From NCBI RefSeq assembly GCF_009914755.1, contig NC_060948.1: 64,000 nt of DNA; one strand, given 5' to 3'. This DNA comes from the human T2T-CHM13v2.0 reference genome, Homo sapiens. Shown here one piece after another: positions 13,601 through 28,373 of the stretch. How positions within the stretch are numbered: position 1 is the first letter of the stretch; every line of letters begins with the position of its first letter. Under the pieces are notes generated by a model that ran no database searches, was not told the DNA's origin, and saw nothing but the letters and a program-made list of their open reading frames with translations. A program made the translations under genes and the position numbers.

Positions 13601-14220
13601 AATGGAAAGGAATGCAATGATTTGGCATGGAATGGAATCGAATGGCATCGAATGGAATGGAATGGAATGCAATGGAATGGAATGTATTAGAATGGAATGA
13701 ACTTTAATGGAATGTACTCGAATGGATTCGACTGGAATGGAATGTTCTGGAAGTGAATGGACTCCAATGGAATGGATTCAAAAGGAATGGAATCGTACGG
13801 AATGGAATCTAATGGAATGGAATTAAATGGAAATGAATCAAATTGAATAGCACGGAATTGAATTGAATGGAATGGAATGCAATGGAATCTAATGAAACGG
13901 AAAGGAAAGGAATGGAATGGAATGGAATGGGCTGGAATGGAAAGGAATCGAAACGAATGGAATGGAATCGAACTGAAGAGACTGGAATGGAATGCACTGG
14001 AATGGAAGGGAGTGTAATGGAAGGTTCTCGAAAAAAATGGAATCGAATGGAATGGAATTGAATGGAACGGAATAGAGTCGAATGGAATTGAATGGAATGG
14101 AATGGACTAGAGTGAAATGGAATCGAACCACAAGGAATGGACAGGAATAGAATGGTCTCGAATTGAATGGAATCGTATGGAATGGCATCAAACGGAATGG
14201 AATGGACAGCCACGGAATGG
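10662..14220 (+). repeat. DYZ1 unit 4 (3559 bp)
   Basis: Block-A alleles. The pure tract is one pentamer longer than in unit 1. Confidence 0.93.
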
Positions 14221-17200
14221 AATGCACTCGAATGCAATGGAGTCGAAACTAATGGACTGGAATAGAATGGACTCGACTGGTACGGACTCCAATGGAATGG
14301 AATCGAATGGAAGGGAATCGAACGGAATGGACTCGAAGGGAAAAGACTGCAATGGAAAGGTCTCGAATGGAATGGAAATTAATGGAATGGAATGGAATCG
14401 AATGAAATGGAGTCAAAAGGAATGGAATCGAATGGCAAGAAATCGAATGTAATGGAATCGCAAGGAATTGATGTGAACGGAACGGAATGGAATGGAATCC
14501 AAAGGAATGGAATAGAATGGAATGGAATCGAATGGAAAGGACTCGAATGGAAATCACTCGAATAGAATGCAATTTAATAAAATAGGATCAAATGTAATGG
14601 AATGGAATGGAAAGGAATCGAAACGAAAGAAATGGAGACAGATGGAATGGAATAGAACAGAGAGCAATGGTATAGAATGGAATGGAATCATCTGGAATGG
14701 AATTGAATGGAATGGAATAATATGAAATGGAATGGAATGGAATGGAATGGAATGCCCTTGAATTAAATGGACTGGAATGGAATGGACTCGAACAGAGTGG
14801 AATGGAAAGTGTTGAGATAGAATGGAATGGACTCCTTTGGAATGGTGTAGTATGCAATGCAATCGACTGGCAGGGAATCAAAAGGAATGTAATGGAATGG
14901 ACTGGACTGGAATGCAATGGACTCGAATAGATTGGAAACGGAATGCAAAGGAATGGAATGGAATAGTATGGAATGGAATGGAAAGGAATGGAGTGGAATA
15001 GACTAGAGTGGAATGGAATGGACTGGAAAGCAACGGACTGGAATGGATCTTTCTTGAATGGACTGGAATCAATCGGAATGGAATGCAATGCAATCAAATG
15101 GCATGGAATAAAATAGAATGAAAGAGAATCAAATGGAATTGAATCGAATGGAATCGAATGGATTGGAAAGGAATAGAATGGAATGGAATGGAATTGACTC
15201 AAATGGAATGGACTAGAATGGAATGGATTCGAATGGAAGGCAAAGGAATGGAATCTATTGGAATGGACTGTAATGGAATGGAATGGAAGGGATTGGAATG
15301 GACTCGAATGGAATGGACTGCAATAGAAAGGATTCGAATGGAATGAAAAAGAATTGAATGGAATAGAACAGAATGGAATCAAATCGAATGAAATGGAATG
15401 GAATAGAAAGGAATGGAATGAAATGGAATGGAAAGGATTCGAATGGAATGCAATCGAATGGAATGGAATCGAACGGAATGGAATAAAATGGAAGAAAACT
15501 GGCAAGAAATGGAATCGAAATGAATGGAGAGTTATGGAACGGACTCAAAAGGAATTGAATGTAATAGAATGGAGTGGAGTGGACTCGAATATAATGGACT
15601 GGAATGGAATGAAATCACATGGAATGGGAACGAATGGAATGGAATGGAAAGGAATGGAATCGAATGGAAAGGAATCGAATGGAAGGGAATGAAATTGAAT
15701 CAACAGGAATGGAAGGGAATAGAATAGACGGTAATGGAATGGACTCGAATAGAATGGACACGAATGCTCAAATTGAATGGACTCGAATGGAATGGAAACG
15801 AAAGGAATGTCATCGAATGGAATTGAATCGATTGGAATGAAATCGCATAGAATGGAGTGGAATCAAATGGAATTGAATCGAAAGGAAAGGAAGCGAATGG
15901 ACTGAAATGAAATGGAATGGAATTGAATGGAAAGTAATGCAATGGAATAGAATGGAACGAAATTTCACGGAATGGAATCAAACTGAATGGAATCAAATCA
16001 ATGGAATCCAATCAAATGGAATGGAGTAGATTGGATTGGATGGGATTGGAATGAAATGTACTGGAAAGGACTCGAATTTCATGAAACGGAATGCAATGAA
16101 TTGGAACGGAATGGACTCGAATGGAATGGAATGTCATAGAATGGCATCAAATGGATTGGCATCAAATGGAATGGAATAGAATGCAATAGAATGCTATGGA
16201 ATGGAATGGAATGCATTGGAATGGAATGTCCTCTAATGGAATGGATTCGAGTGGAATGGAATCGAATATAATGGAGTCGAATGAAATGGAATTGAAAGGA
16301 ATGGGATCGAATACAATGGAATATACTGGAATGTAATGTAATGAACTCGAATGTAATTGACTGGAATGGAATGTACATGAATGGAATGTAATCGAATGGA
16401 AAGTAATCCAATGGAATAGAATCTAATGCAATAAAATCGACTCAGATAGAGTAGAATGTAATGGAATGGAGTGCAGTGCAATGGAATGGAATGGAATGGA
16501 ATGCAATGGAATGGAATGGAATGGAATGGAATGGAATGGAATGGAATGGAATGGGATGGAATGGTATGGAATGGATAGTAATGGACTGGAGTGAAATGGA
16601 CTGGAATGGAATGGACTCAAATTGAAAGGGCTAGAAAGGAATGGAGTCAAATGGAATGGTCTGGAATGGAATGAACACGAATGTAATGCAATCCAATAGA
16701 ATGGAATCGAATGGCATGGAATATAAAGAAATGGAATCGAAGAGAATGGAAACAAATGGAATGGAATTGAATGGAATGGAATTGAATGGAATGGGAACGA
16801 ATGGAGTGAAATTGTATGCAGTAGAAGGGAATAGAATGGAATGCAAGCGAAAGGAAAGGAATGGATTGGAATGGAATGGAATTCATTGGAATGGAAGGGA
16901 ATGTAGTGTAATGGACAGGCCTGGAATAAAGTGGAATGCTACGGTCTCAAATGGAATAAAAATGTATGGAATGGAAGGCAATGAAACGGAATCGAATGTC
17001 ATAGAATGTAATGGAATGCAAAAAAATGGAATCCAAAATCATTGACTGGAAAGGCTGGGTGTCGAAAGGAATTGACTGCAATGGAATGGAATCGAATGGA
17101 ATGGAAGTGAATAGAATCGAACTAAATCGAATGGAATGGAATTGATAGGAATGGAATGGAAAGGAATGCAATGATTTGGCATGGAATGGAATCGAATGGC

Positions 17201-17773
17201 ATAGAATGGAATGGAATGGAATGCAATGGAATGGAATGTATTAGAATGTAATGAACATTAATGGAATGTACTCGAATGGATTCGACTGGAATGGAATGTT
17301 CTGGAAGTGAATGGACTCCAATGGAATGGATTCGAAAGGAATGGAATCGAACGGAATGGATTCTAATGGAATGGAATTAAATGGAAATGAATCAAATTGA
17401 ATAGCACGGAATTGAATTGAATGGAATCGAATGCAATGGAATCTAATGAAACGGAAAGGAAAGAATGGAATGGAATAGAATGGGCTGGAATGGAAAGGAA
17501 TCGAAACGAATGGAATGGAATCGAACTGAAGAGACTGGAATGGAATGCACTGGAATGGAAGGGAGTGTAATGGAAGGTTCTCGAAAATAATGGAATCGAA
17601 TGGAATGGAATTGAATGGAACGGAATAGAGTCGAATGGAATTGAATGGAATGGAATGGACTAGAGTGAAATGGAATCGAACCACAAGGAATGGACATGAA
17701 TAGAATGGTCTCGAATTGAATGGAATCGTATGGAATGGCATCAAACGGAATGGAATGGACAGCCACGGAATGG
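14221..17773 (+). repeat. DYZ1 unit 5 (3553 bp)
   Basis: First clearly divergent unit. 15-bp deletion near 16020 and 1-bp deletion near 17463. Confidence 0.93.
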
Positions 17774-20700
17774 AATGCACTCGAATGCAATGGAGTCGAA
17801 ACTAATGGACTGGAATAGAATGGACTCGACTGGTACGGACTCCAATGGAATGGAATCGAATGGAAGGGAATCGAACGGAATGGACTCGAAGGGAAAAGAC
17901 TGCAATGGAAAGGTCTCGAATGGAATGGAAATTAATGGGATGGAATGGAATCGAATGAAATGGAGTCAAAAGGAATGGAATCGAATGGTAAGAAATTGAA
18001 TGTAATGGAATCGCAAGGAATTGATGTGAACGGAACGGAATGGAATGGAATCCAAAGGAATGGAATAGAATGGAATGGAATCGAATGGAAAGGACTCGAA
18101 TGGAAATCACTCGAATAGAATGCAATTTAATAAAATAGGATCAAATGTAATGGAATGGAATGGAAAGGAATCGAAACGAAAGGAATGGAGACAGATGGAA
18201 TGGAATGGAACAGAGAGCAATGGTATAGAATGGAATGGAATCATCTGGAATGGAATTGAATGGAATGGAATAATATGAAATGGAATGGAATGGAATGGAA
18301 TGCCCTTGAATTAAATGGACTGGAATGGAATGGACTCGAACAGAGTGGAATGGAAAGTGTTGAAATAGAATGGAATGGACTCCTTTGGAATGGTCTAGTA
18401 TGCAATGCAATCGACTGGCAGGGAATCAAAAGGAATGTCATCGAATGGATTGGACTGGAATGCAATGGACTCGAATAGATTGGAAACGGAATGCAAAGGA
18501 ATGGAATGGAATAGTATGGAATGCAATGGAAGGGAATGGAGTGGAATAGACTAGAGTGGAATGGAATGGACTGGAAAGCAACGGACTGGAATGGAACTTT
18601 CTTGGATGGACTGGAATCAAACGGAATGGAATGCAATGCAATCAAATGGCATGGAATAAAATAGAATGAAAGAGAATCAAATGGAATTGAATCGAATGGA
18701 ATCGAATGGATTGGAAAGGAATAGAATGGAATGGAATGGAATTGACTCAAATGGAATGGACTAGAATGGAATGGATTCGAATGGAAGGCAAAGGAATGGA
18801 ATCTATTGGAATGGACTGTAATGGAATGGAATGGAAGGGATTGGAATGGACTCGAATGGAATGGACTGCAATAGAAAGGATTCGAATGGAATGAAAAAGA
18901 ATTGAATGGAATAGAACAGAATGGAATCAAATCGAATGAAATGGAATGGAAAAGAAAGGAATGGAATGAAATGGAATGGAAAGGATTCGAATGGAATGCA
19001 ATCGAATGGAATGGAATCGAGTGGAATGGAATAAAATGGAAGAAAACTGGCAAGAAATGGAATCGAAATGAATGGAGTGTTATGGAACGGACTCAAAAGG
19101 AATTGAATGTAATAGAATGGAGTGGAGTGGAATCGAATATAATTGACTGGAATGGAATGAAATCACATGGAATGGGAACGAATGGAATGGAATGGAAAGG
19201 AATGGAATCGAATGGAAAGGAATCGAATGGAAGGGAATGAAATTGAATCAACACGAATGGAAGGGAATAGAATAGACTGTAATGGAATGGACTCGAATAG
19301 AATGGACACGAATGCTCAAATTAAATGGACTCGAATGGAATGGAAACGAAAGGAATGTCATCGGATGGAATTGAATCGATTGTAATGAAATCGCATAGAA
19401 TGGAGTGGAATCAAATGGAATTGAATCGAAAGGAAAGGAAGCGAATGGACTGAAATGAAATGGAATGGAATTGAATGGAAAGTAATGCAATGGAATAGAA
19501 TGGAACGAAATTTCACGGAATGGAATCAAACTGAATGGAATCAAATCAATGGAATCAAATCAAATGGAATGGAAAGGAATTGAATGGAGTAGATGGGATT
19601 GGATGGGATTGGAATGAAATGTACTGGAAAGGACTCGAATTTCATGAAACGGAATGGAATGAATTGGAACGGAATGGACTCGAATGGAATGGAATGTCAT
19701 GGGATGGCATCAAATGGAATGGCATCAAATGGAATGGAATCGAATGCAATGGAATGCTATGGAATGGAATGGAATGCATTGGAATGGAATGTCCTCTAAT
19801 GGAATGGATTCGAGTGGAATGGAATTGAATATAATGGAGTCGAATGAAACGGAATTGAAAGGAATGGGATCGAATACAATGGAATATACTGGAATGTAAC
19901 GTAATGAACTCGAATGTAATTGACTGGAATGGAATGTACATGAATGGAATATAATCGAATGGAAAGTAATCCAATGGAATAGAATCTAATGCAATAAAAT
20001 CGACTCAGATAGAGTAGAATGTAATGGAATGGAGTGCAGTGCAATGGAATGGAATGGAATGGAATGCAATTGAATGGAATGGAATGGAATGGAATGGGAT
20101 GGAATGGTATGTAATGGATAGTAATGGACTGGAGTGAAATGGACTGGAAAGGAATGGACTCAAATTGAAAGGGCTCGAAAGGAATGGAGTCAAATGGAAT
20201 GGTCTGGAATGGAATGAACACGAATGTAATGCAATCCAATAGAATGGAATCGAATGGCATGGAATATAAAGAAATGGAATCGAAGAGAATGGAAACAAAT
20301 GGAATGGAATTGAATGGAATGGAATTGAATGGAATGGGAACGAATGGAGTGAAATTGTATGCAGTAGAAGAGAATAGAATGGAATGCAAGCGAAAGGAAG
20401 GGAATGGATTGGAATGGAATGGAATTCATTGGAATGGAAGGGAATGTAGTGTAATGGACAGGCCTGGAATAAAGTGGAATGCTACGGTCTCGAATGGAAT
20501 AAAAATGTATGGAATGGAATGCAATGAAACGGAATCGAATGTCATAGAATGTAATGGAATGCAACAAAATGGAATCCAAAATCATTGACTGGAAAGGCTG
20601 GGTGTCGAAAGGAATTGACTCCAATGGAATGGAATCGAATGGAATGGAAGTGAATAGAATCGAACTAAATCGAATGGAATGGAATTGATAGGAACGGAAT

Positions 20701-21316
20701 GGAAAGGAATGCAATGATTTGGCATGGAATGGAATCGAATGGCATCGAATGGAATGGAATGGAATGCAATGGAATGGAATGTATTAGAATGTAATGAACA
20801 TTAATGGAATGTACTCGAATGGATTCGACTGGAATGGAATGTTCTGGAAGTGAATGGACTCCAATGGAATGGATTCGAAAGGAATGGAATCGAACGGAAT
20901 GGAATCTAATGGAATGGAATTAAATGGAAATGAATCAAATTGAATAGCACGGAATTGAATTGAATGGAATCAAATGCAATGGAATCTAATGAAACGGAAA
21001 GGAAAGAATGGAATGGAATAGAATGGGCTGGAATGGAAAGGAATCGAAACGAATGGAATGGAATCGAACTGAAGAGACTGGAATGGAATGCACTGGAATG
21101 GAAGGGAGTGTAATGGAAGGTTCTCGACAAAAATGGAATCGAATGGAATGGAATTGATTGGAACGGAATAGAGTCGAATGGAATTGAATGGAATGGAATG
21201 GACTAGAGTGAAATGGAATCGAACCACAAGGAATGGACAGGAATAGAATGGTCTCGAATTGAATGGAATCGTATGGAATGGCATCAAACGGAATGGAATG
21301 GACAGCCACGGAATGG
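17774..21316 (+). repeat. DYZ1 unit 6 (3543 bp)
   Basis: Landmark spacing. Its 3' two-thirds are nearly identical to those of unit 7. Confidence 0.93.
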
Positions 21317-24300
21317 AATGCACTCGAATGCAATGGAGTCGAAACTAATGGACTGGAATAGAATGGACTCGACTGGTACGGACTCCAATGGAATGGAATC
21401 GAATGGAAGGGAATCGAACGGAATGGACTCGAAGGGAAAAGACTGCAATGGAAAGGTCTCGAATGGAATGGAAATTAATGGAATGGAATGGAATCGAATG
21501 AAATGGAGTCAAAAGGAATGGAATCGAATGGCAAGAAATCGAATGTAATGGAATCGCAAGGAATTGATGTGAACGGAACGGAATGGAATGGAATCCAAAG
21601 GAATGGAATAGAATGGAATGGAATCGAATGGAAAGGACTCGAATGGAAATCACTCGAATAGAATGCAATTTAATAAAATAGGATCAAATGTAATAGAATG
21701 GAATGGAAAGGAATCGAAACGGAAGGAATGGAGACAGATGGAATGGAATGGAACAGAGAGCAATGGTATAGAATGGAATGGAATCATCTGGAATGGAATT
21801 GAATGGAATGGAATAATATGAAATGGAATGGAATGGAATGGAATGGAATGCCCTTGAATTAAATGGACTGGAATGGAATGGACTCGAACAGAGTGGAATG
21901 GAAAGTGTTGAGATAGAATGGAATGGACTCATTTGGAATGGTGTAGTATGCAATGCAATCGACTGGCAGGGAATCAAAAGGAATGTAATCGAATGGATTG
22001 GACTGGAATGCAATGGATTCGAATAGATTGCAAACGGAATGCAAAGGAATGGAATGGAATAGTATGGAATGGAATGGAAAGGAATGGAGTGGAATAGACT
22101 AGAGTGGAATGGAATGGACTGGAAAGCAATGGACTGGAATGGAACTTTCTTGAATGGACTGGAATCAAACGGAATGGAATGCAATGCAATCAAATGGCAT
22201 GGAATAAAATAGAATGAAAGAGAATCAAATGGAATTGAATCGAATGGAATCGAATGGATTGGAAAGGAATAGAATGGAATGGAATGGAATTGACTCAAAT
22301 GGAATGGACTAGAATGGAATGGATTCGAATGGAAGGCAAAGGAATGGAATCTATTGGAATGGACTGTAATGGAATGGAATGGAAGGGATTGGAATGGACT
22401 CGAATGGAATGGACTGCAATAGAAAGGATTCGAATGGAATGAAAAAGAATTGAATGGAATAGAACAGAATGGAATCAAATCGAATGAAATGGAATGGAAA
22501 AGAAAGGAATGGAATGAAATGGAATGGAAAGGATTCGAATGGAATGCAATCGAATGGAATGGAATCGAGTGGAATGGAATAAAATGGAAGAAAACTGGCA
22601 AGAAATGGAATCGAAATGAATGGAGTGTTATGGAACGGACTCAAAAGGAATTGAATGTAATAGAATGGAGTGGAGTGGAATCGAATATAATGGACTGGAA
22701 TGGAATGAAATCACATGGAATGGGAACGAATGGAATGGAATGGAAAGGAATGGAATCGAATGGAAAGGAATCGAATGGAAGGGAATGAAATTGAATCAAC
22801 ACGAATGGAAGGGAATAGAATAGACTGTAATGGAATGGACTCGAATAGAATGGACACGAATGCTCAAATTAAATGGACTCGAATGGAATGGAAACGAAAG
22901 GAATGTCATCGGATGGAATTGAATCGATTGGAATGAAATCGCATAGAATGGAGTGGAATCAAATGGAATTGAATCGAAAGGAAAGGAAGCGAATGGACTG
23001 AAATGAAATGGAATGGAATTGAATGGAAAGTAATGCAATGGAATAGAATGGAACGAAATTTCACGGAATGGAATCAAACTGAATGGAATCAAATCAATGG
23101 AATCAAATCAAATGGAATGGAAAGGAATTGAATGGAGTAGATGGGATTGGATGGGATTGGAATGAAATGTACAGGAAAGGACTCGAATTTCATGAAACGG
23201 AATGGAATGAATTGGAACGGAATGGACTCGAATGGAATGGAATGTCATGGGATGGCATCAAATGGAATGGCATCAAATGGAATGGAATCGAATGCAATGG
23301 AATGCTATGGAATGGAATGGAATGCATTGGAATGGAATGTCCTCTAATGGAATGGATTCGAGTGGAATGGAATTGAATATAATGGAGTCGAATGAAACGG
23401 AATTGAAAGGAATGGGATCGAATACAATGGAATATACTGGAATGTAACGTAATGAACTCGAATGTAATTGACTGGAATGGAATGTACATGAATGGAATAT
23501 AATCGAATGGAAAGTAATCCAATGGAATAGAATCTAATGCAATAAAATCGACTCAGATAGAGTAGAATGTAATGGAATGGAGTGCAGTGCAATGGAATGG
23601 AATGGAATGGAATGCAATTGAATGGAATGGAATGGAATGGAATGGGATGGAATGGTATGTAATGGATAGTAATGGACTGGAGTGAAATGGACTGGAAAGG
23701 AATGGACTCAAATTGAAAGGGCTCGAAAGGAATGGAGTCAAATGGAATGGTCTGGAATGGAATGAACACGAATGTAATGCAATCCAATAGAATGGAATCG
23801 AATGGCATGGAATATAAAGAAATGGAATCGAAGAGAATGGAAACAAATGGAATGGAATTGAATGGAATGGAATTGAATGGAATGGGAACGAATGGAGTGA
23901 AATTGTATGCAGTAGAAGAGAATAGAATGGAATGCAAGCGAAAGGAAGGGAATGGATTGGAATGGAATGGAATTCATTGGAATGGAAGGGAATGTAGTGT
24001 AATGGACAGGCCTGGAATAAAGTGGAATGCTATGGTCTCGAATGGAATAAAAATGTATGGAATGGAATGCAATGAAACGGAATCGAATGTCATAGAATGT
24101 AATGGAATGCAACAAAATGGAATCCAAAATCATTGACTGGAAAGGCTGGGTGTCGAAAGGAATTGACTCCAATGGAATGGAATCGAATGGAATGGAAGTG
24201 AATAGAATCGAACTAAATCGAATGGAATGGAATTGATAGGAACGGAATGGAAAGGAATGCAATGATTTGGCATGGAATGGAATCGAATGGCATCGAATGG

Positions 24301-24864
24301 AATGGAATGGAATGCAATGGAATGGAATGTATTAGAATGTAATGAACATTAATGGAATGTACTCGAATGGATTCGACTGGAATGGAATGTTCTGGAAGTG
24401 AATGGACTCCAATGGAATGGATTCGAAAGGAATGGAATCGAACGGAATGGAATCTAATGGAATGGAATTAAATGGAAATGAATCAAATTGAATAGCACGG
24501 AATTGAATTGAATGGAATCAAATGCAATGGAATCTAATGAAACGGAAAGGAAAGAATGGAATGGAATAGAATGGGCTGGAATGGAAAGGAATCGAAACGA
24601 ATGGAATGGAATCGAACTGAAGAGACTGGAATGGAATGCACTGGAATGGAAGGGAGTGTAATGGAAGGTTCTCGACAAAAATGGAATCGAATGGAATGGA
24701 ATTGATTGGAACGGAATAGAGTCGAATGGAATTGAATGGAATGGAATGGACTAGAGTGAAATGGAATCGAACCACAAGGAATGGACAGGAATAGAATGGT
24801 CTCGAATTGAATGGAATCGTATGGAATGGCATCAAACGGAATGGAATGGACAGCCACGGAATGG
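21317..24864 (+). repeat. DYZ1 unit 7 (3548 bp)
   Basis: Landmark spacing. Shares TTCTCGACAAAA, TCGGATGG and ACACGAATGG alleles with unit 6. Confidence 0.93.
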
Positions 24865-27800
24865 AATGCACTCGAATGCAATGGAGTCGAAACTAATGGA
24901 CTGGAATAGAATGGACTCGACTGGTACGGACTCCAATGGAATGGAATCGAATGGAAGGGAATCGAACGGAATGGACTCGAAGGGAAAAGACTGCAATGGA
25001 AAGGTCTCGAATGGAATGGAAATTAATGGGATGGAATGGAATCGAATGAAATGGAGTCAAAAGGAATGGAATCGAATGGCAAGAAATCGAATGTAATGGA
25101 ATCGCAAGGAATTGATGTGAACGGAACGGAATGGAATGGAATCCAAAGGAATGGAATAGAATGGAATGGAATCGAATGGAAAGGACTCGAATGGAAATCA
25201 CTCGAATAGAATGCAATTTAATAAAATAGGATCAAATGTAATAGAATGGAATGGAAAGGAATCGAAACGGAAGGAATGGAGACAGATGGAATGGAATGGA
25301 ACAGAGAGCAATGGTATAGAATGGAATGGAATCATCTGGAATGGAATTGAATGGAATGGAATAATATGAAATGGAATGGAATGGAATGGAATGGAATGCC
25401 CTTGAATTAAATGGACTGGAATGGAATGGACTCGAACAGAGTGGAATGGAAAGTGTTGAGATAGAATGGAATGGACTCATTTGGAATGGTGTAGTATGCA
25501 ATGCAATCGACTGGCAGGGAATCAAAAGGAATGTAATCGAATGGATTGGACTGGAATGCAATGGATTCGAATAGATTGCAAACGGAATGCAAAGGAATGG
25601 AATGGAATAGTATGGAATGGAATGGAAAGGAATGGAGTGGAATAGACTAGAGTGGAATGGAATGGACTGGAAAGCAATGGACTGGAATGGAACTTTCTTG
25701 AATGGACTGGAATCAAACGGAATGGAATGCAATGCAATCAAATGGCATGGAATAAAATAGAATGAAAGAGAATCAAATGGAATTGAATCGAATGGAATCG
25801 AATGGAATGGAATGGAATGGACTAGAATGGAATGGATTCGAATGGAAGGCAAAGGAATGGAATCTATTGGAATGGACTGTAATGGAATGGAATGGAAGGG
25901 ATTGGAATGGACTCGAATGGAATTGACTGCAATAGAAAGGATTCGAATGGAATGAAAAAGAATTGAATGGAATAGAACAGAATGGAATCAAATCGAATGA
26001 AATGGAATGGAATAGAAAGGAATGGAATGAAATGGAATGGAAAGGATTCGAATGGAATGCAATCGAATGGAATGGAATCGAACGGAATGGAATAAAATGG
26101 AAGAAAACTGGCAAGAAATGGAATCGAAATGAATGGAGTGTTATGGAACGGACTCAAAAGGAATTGAATGTAATAGAATGGAGTGGAGTGGACTCGAATA
26201 TAATGGACTGGAATGGAATGAAATCACATGGAATGGGAACGAGTGGAATGGAATGGAAAGGAATGGAATCGAATGGAAAGGAATCGAATGGAAGGGAATG
26301 AAATTGAATCAACAGGAATGGAAGGGAATAGAATAGACGGTAATGGAATGGACTCGAATAGAATGGACACGAATGCTCAAATTGAATGGACTCGAATGGA
26401 ATGGAAACGAAAGGAATGTCATCGAATGGAATTGAATCGATTGGAATGAAATTGCATAGAATGGAGTGGAATCAAATGGAATTGAATCGAAAGGAAAGGA
26501 AGCGAATGGACTGAAATGAAATGGAATGGAATTGAATGGAAAGTAATGCAATGGAATAGAATGGAACGAAATTTCACGGAATGGAATCAAACTGAATGGA
26601 ATCAAATCAATGGAATCCAATCAAATGGAATGGAGTAGATTGGATTGGATGGGATTGGAATGAAATGTACTGGAAAGGACTCGAATTTCATGAAACGGAA
26701 TGGAATGAATTGGAACGGAATGGACTCGAATGGAATGGAATGTCATAGAATGGTATCAAATGGAATGGCATCAAATGGAATGGAATCGAATGCAATGGAA
26801 TGCTATGGAATGGAATGGAATGCATTGGAATGGAATGTCCTCTAATGGAATGGATTCGAGTGGAATGGAATCGAATATAATGGAGTCGAATGAAATGGAA
26901 TTGAAAGGAATGGGATGGAATACAATGGAATATACTGGAATGTAATGTAATGAACTCGAATGTAATTGACTGGAATGGAATGTACATGAGTGGAATGTAA
27001 TCGAATGGAAAGTAATCCAATGGAATAGAATCTAATGCAATAAAATCGACTCAGATAGAGTAGAATGTAATGGAATGGAGTGCAGTGCAATGGAATGGAA
27101 TGGAATGGAATGCAATGGAATGGAATGGAATGGAATGGAATGGAATGGAATGGGATGGAATGGTATGGAATGGATAGTAATGGACTGGAGTGAAATGGAC
27201 TGGAAAGGAATGGACTCAAATTGAAAGGTCTCGAAAGGAATGGAGTCAAATGGAATGGTCTGGAATGGAATGAACACGAATGTAATGCAATCCAATAGAA
27301 TGGAATCGAATGGCATGGAATATAAAGAAATGGAATCGAAGAGAATGGAAACAAATGGAATGGAATTGAATGGAATGGAATTGAATGGAATGTGAACGAA
27401 TGTAGTGAAATTGTATGCAGTAGAAGAGAATAGAATGGAATGCAAGCGAAATGAAAGGAATGGATTGGAATGGAATGGAATTCATTGGAATGGAAGGGAA
27501 TGTAGTGTAATGGACAGGCCTGGAATAAAGTGGAATGCTACGGTCTCGAATGGAATAAAAATGTATGGAATGGAATGCAATGAAACGGAATCGAATGTCA
27601 TAGAATGTAATGGAATGCAAAAAAATGGAATCCAAAATCATTGAATGCAAAGGCTGGGTGTCGAAAGGAATTGACTCCAATGGAATGGAATCGAATGGAA
27701 TGGAAGTGAATAGAATCGAACTAAATCGAATGGAATGGAATTGATAGGAACGGAATGAAAAGGAATGCAATGATTTGGCATGAAATGGAATCGAATGGCA

Positions 27801-28373
27801 TCGAATGGAATGGAATGGAATGCAATGGAATGGAATGTATTAGAATGTAATGAACTTTAATGGAATGTACTCGAATGGATTCGACTGGAATGGAATGTTC
27901 TGGAAGTGAATGGACTCCAATGGAATGGATTCAAAAGGAATGGAATCGTACGGAATGGAATCCAATGGAATGGAATTAAATGGAAATGAATCAAATTGAA
28001 TAGCACGGAATTGAATTGAATGGAATTGAATGCAATGGAATCTAATGAAACGGAAAGGAAAGGAATGGAATGGAATGGAATGGGCTGGAATGGAAAGGAA
28101 TCGAAACGAATGGAATGGAATCGAACTGAAGAGACTGGAATGGAATGCACTGGAATGGAAGGGAGTGTAATGGAAGGTTCTCGAAAAAAATGGAATCGAA
28201 TGAAATGCAATTGAATGGAACGGAATAGAGTCGAATGGAATTGAATGGAATGGAATGGACTAGAGTGAAATGGAATCGAACCACAAGGAATGGACAGGAA
28301 TAGAATGGTCTCGAATTGAATGGAATCGTATGGAATGGCATCAAACGGAATGGAATGGACAGCCACGGAATGG
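24865..28373 (+). repeat. DYZ1 unit 8 (3509 bp, shortest)
   Basis: 35-bp net deletion near 25800 and 15-bp deletion near 26630. Confidence 0.93.
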
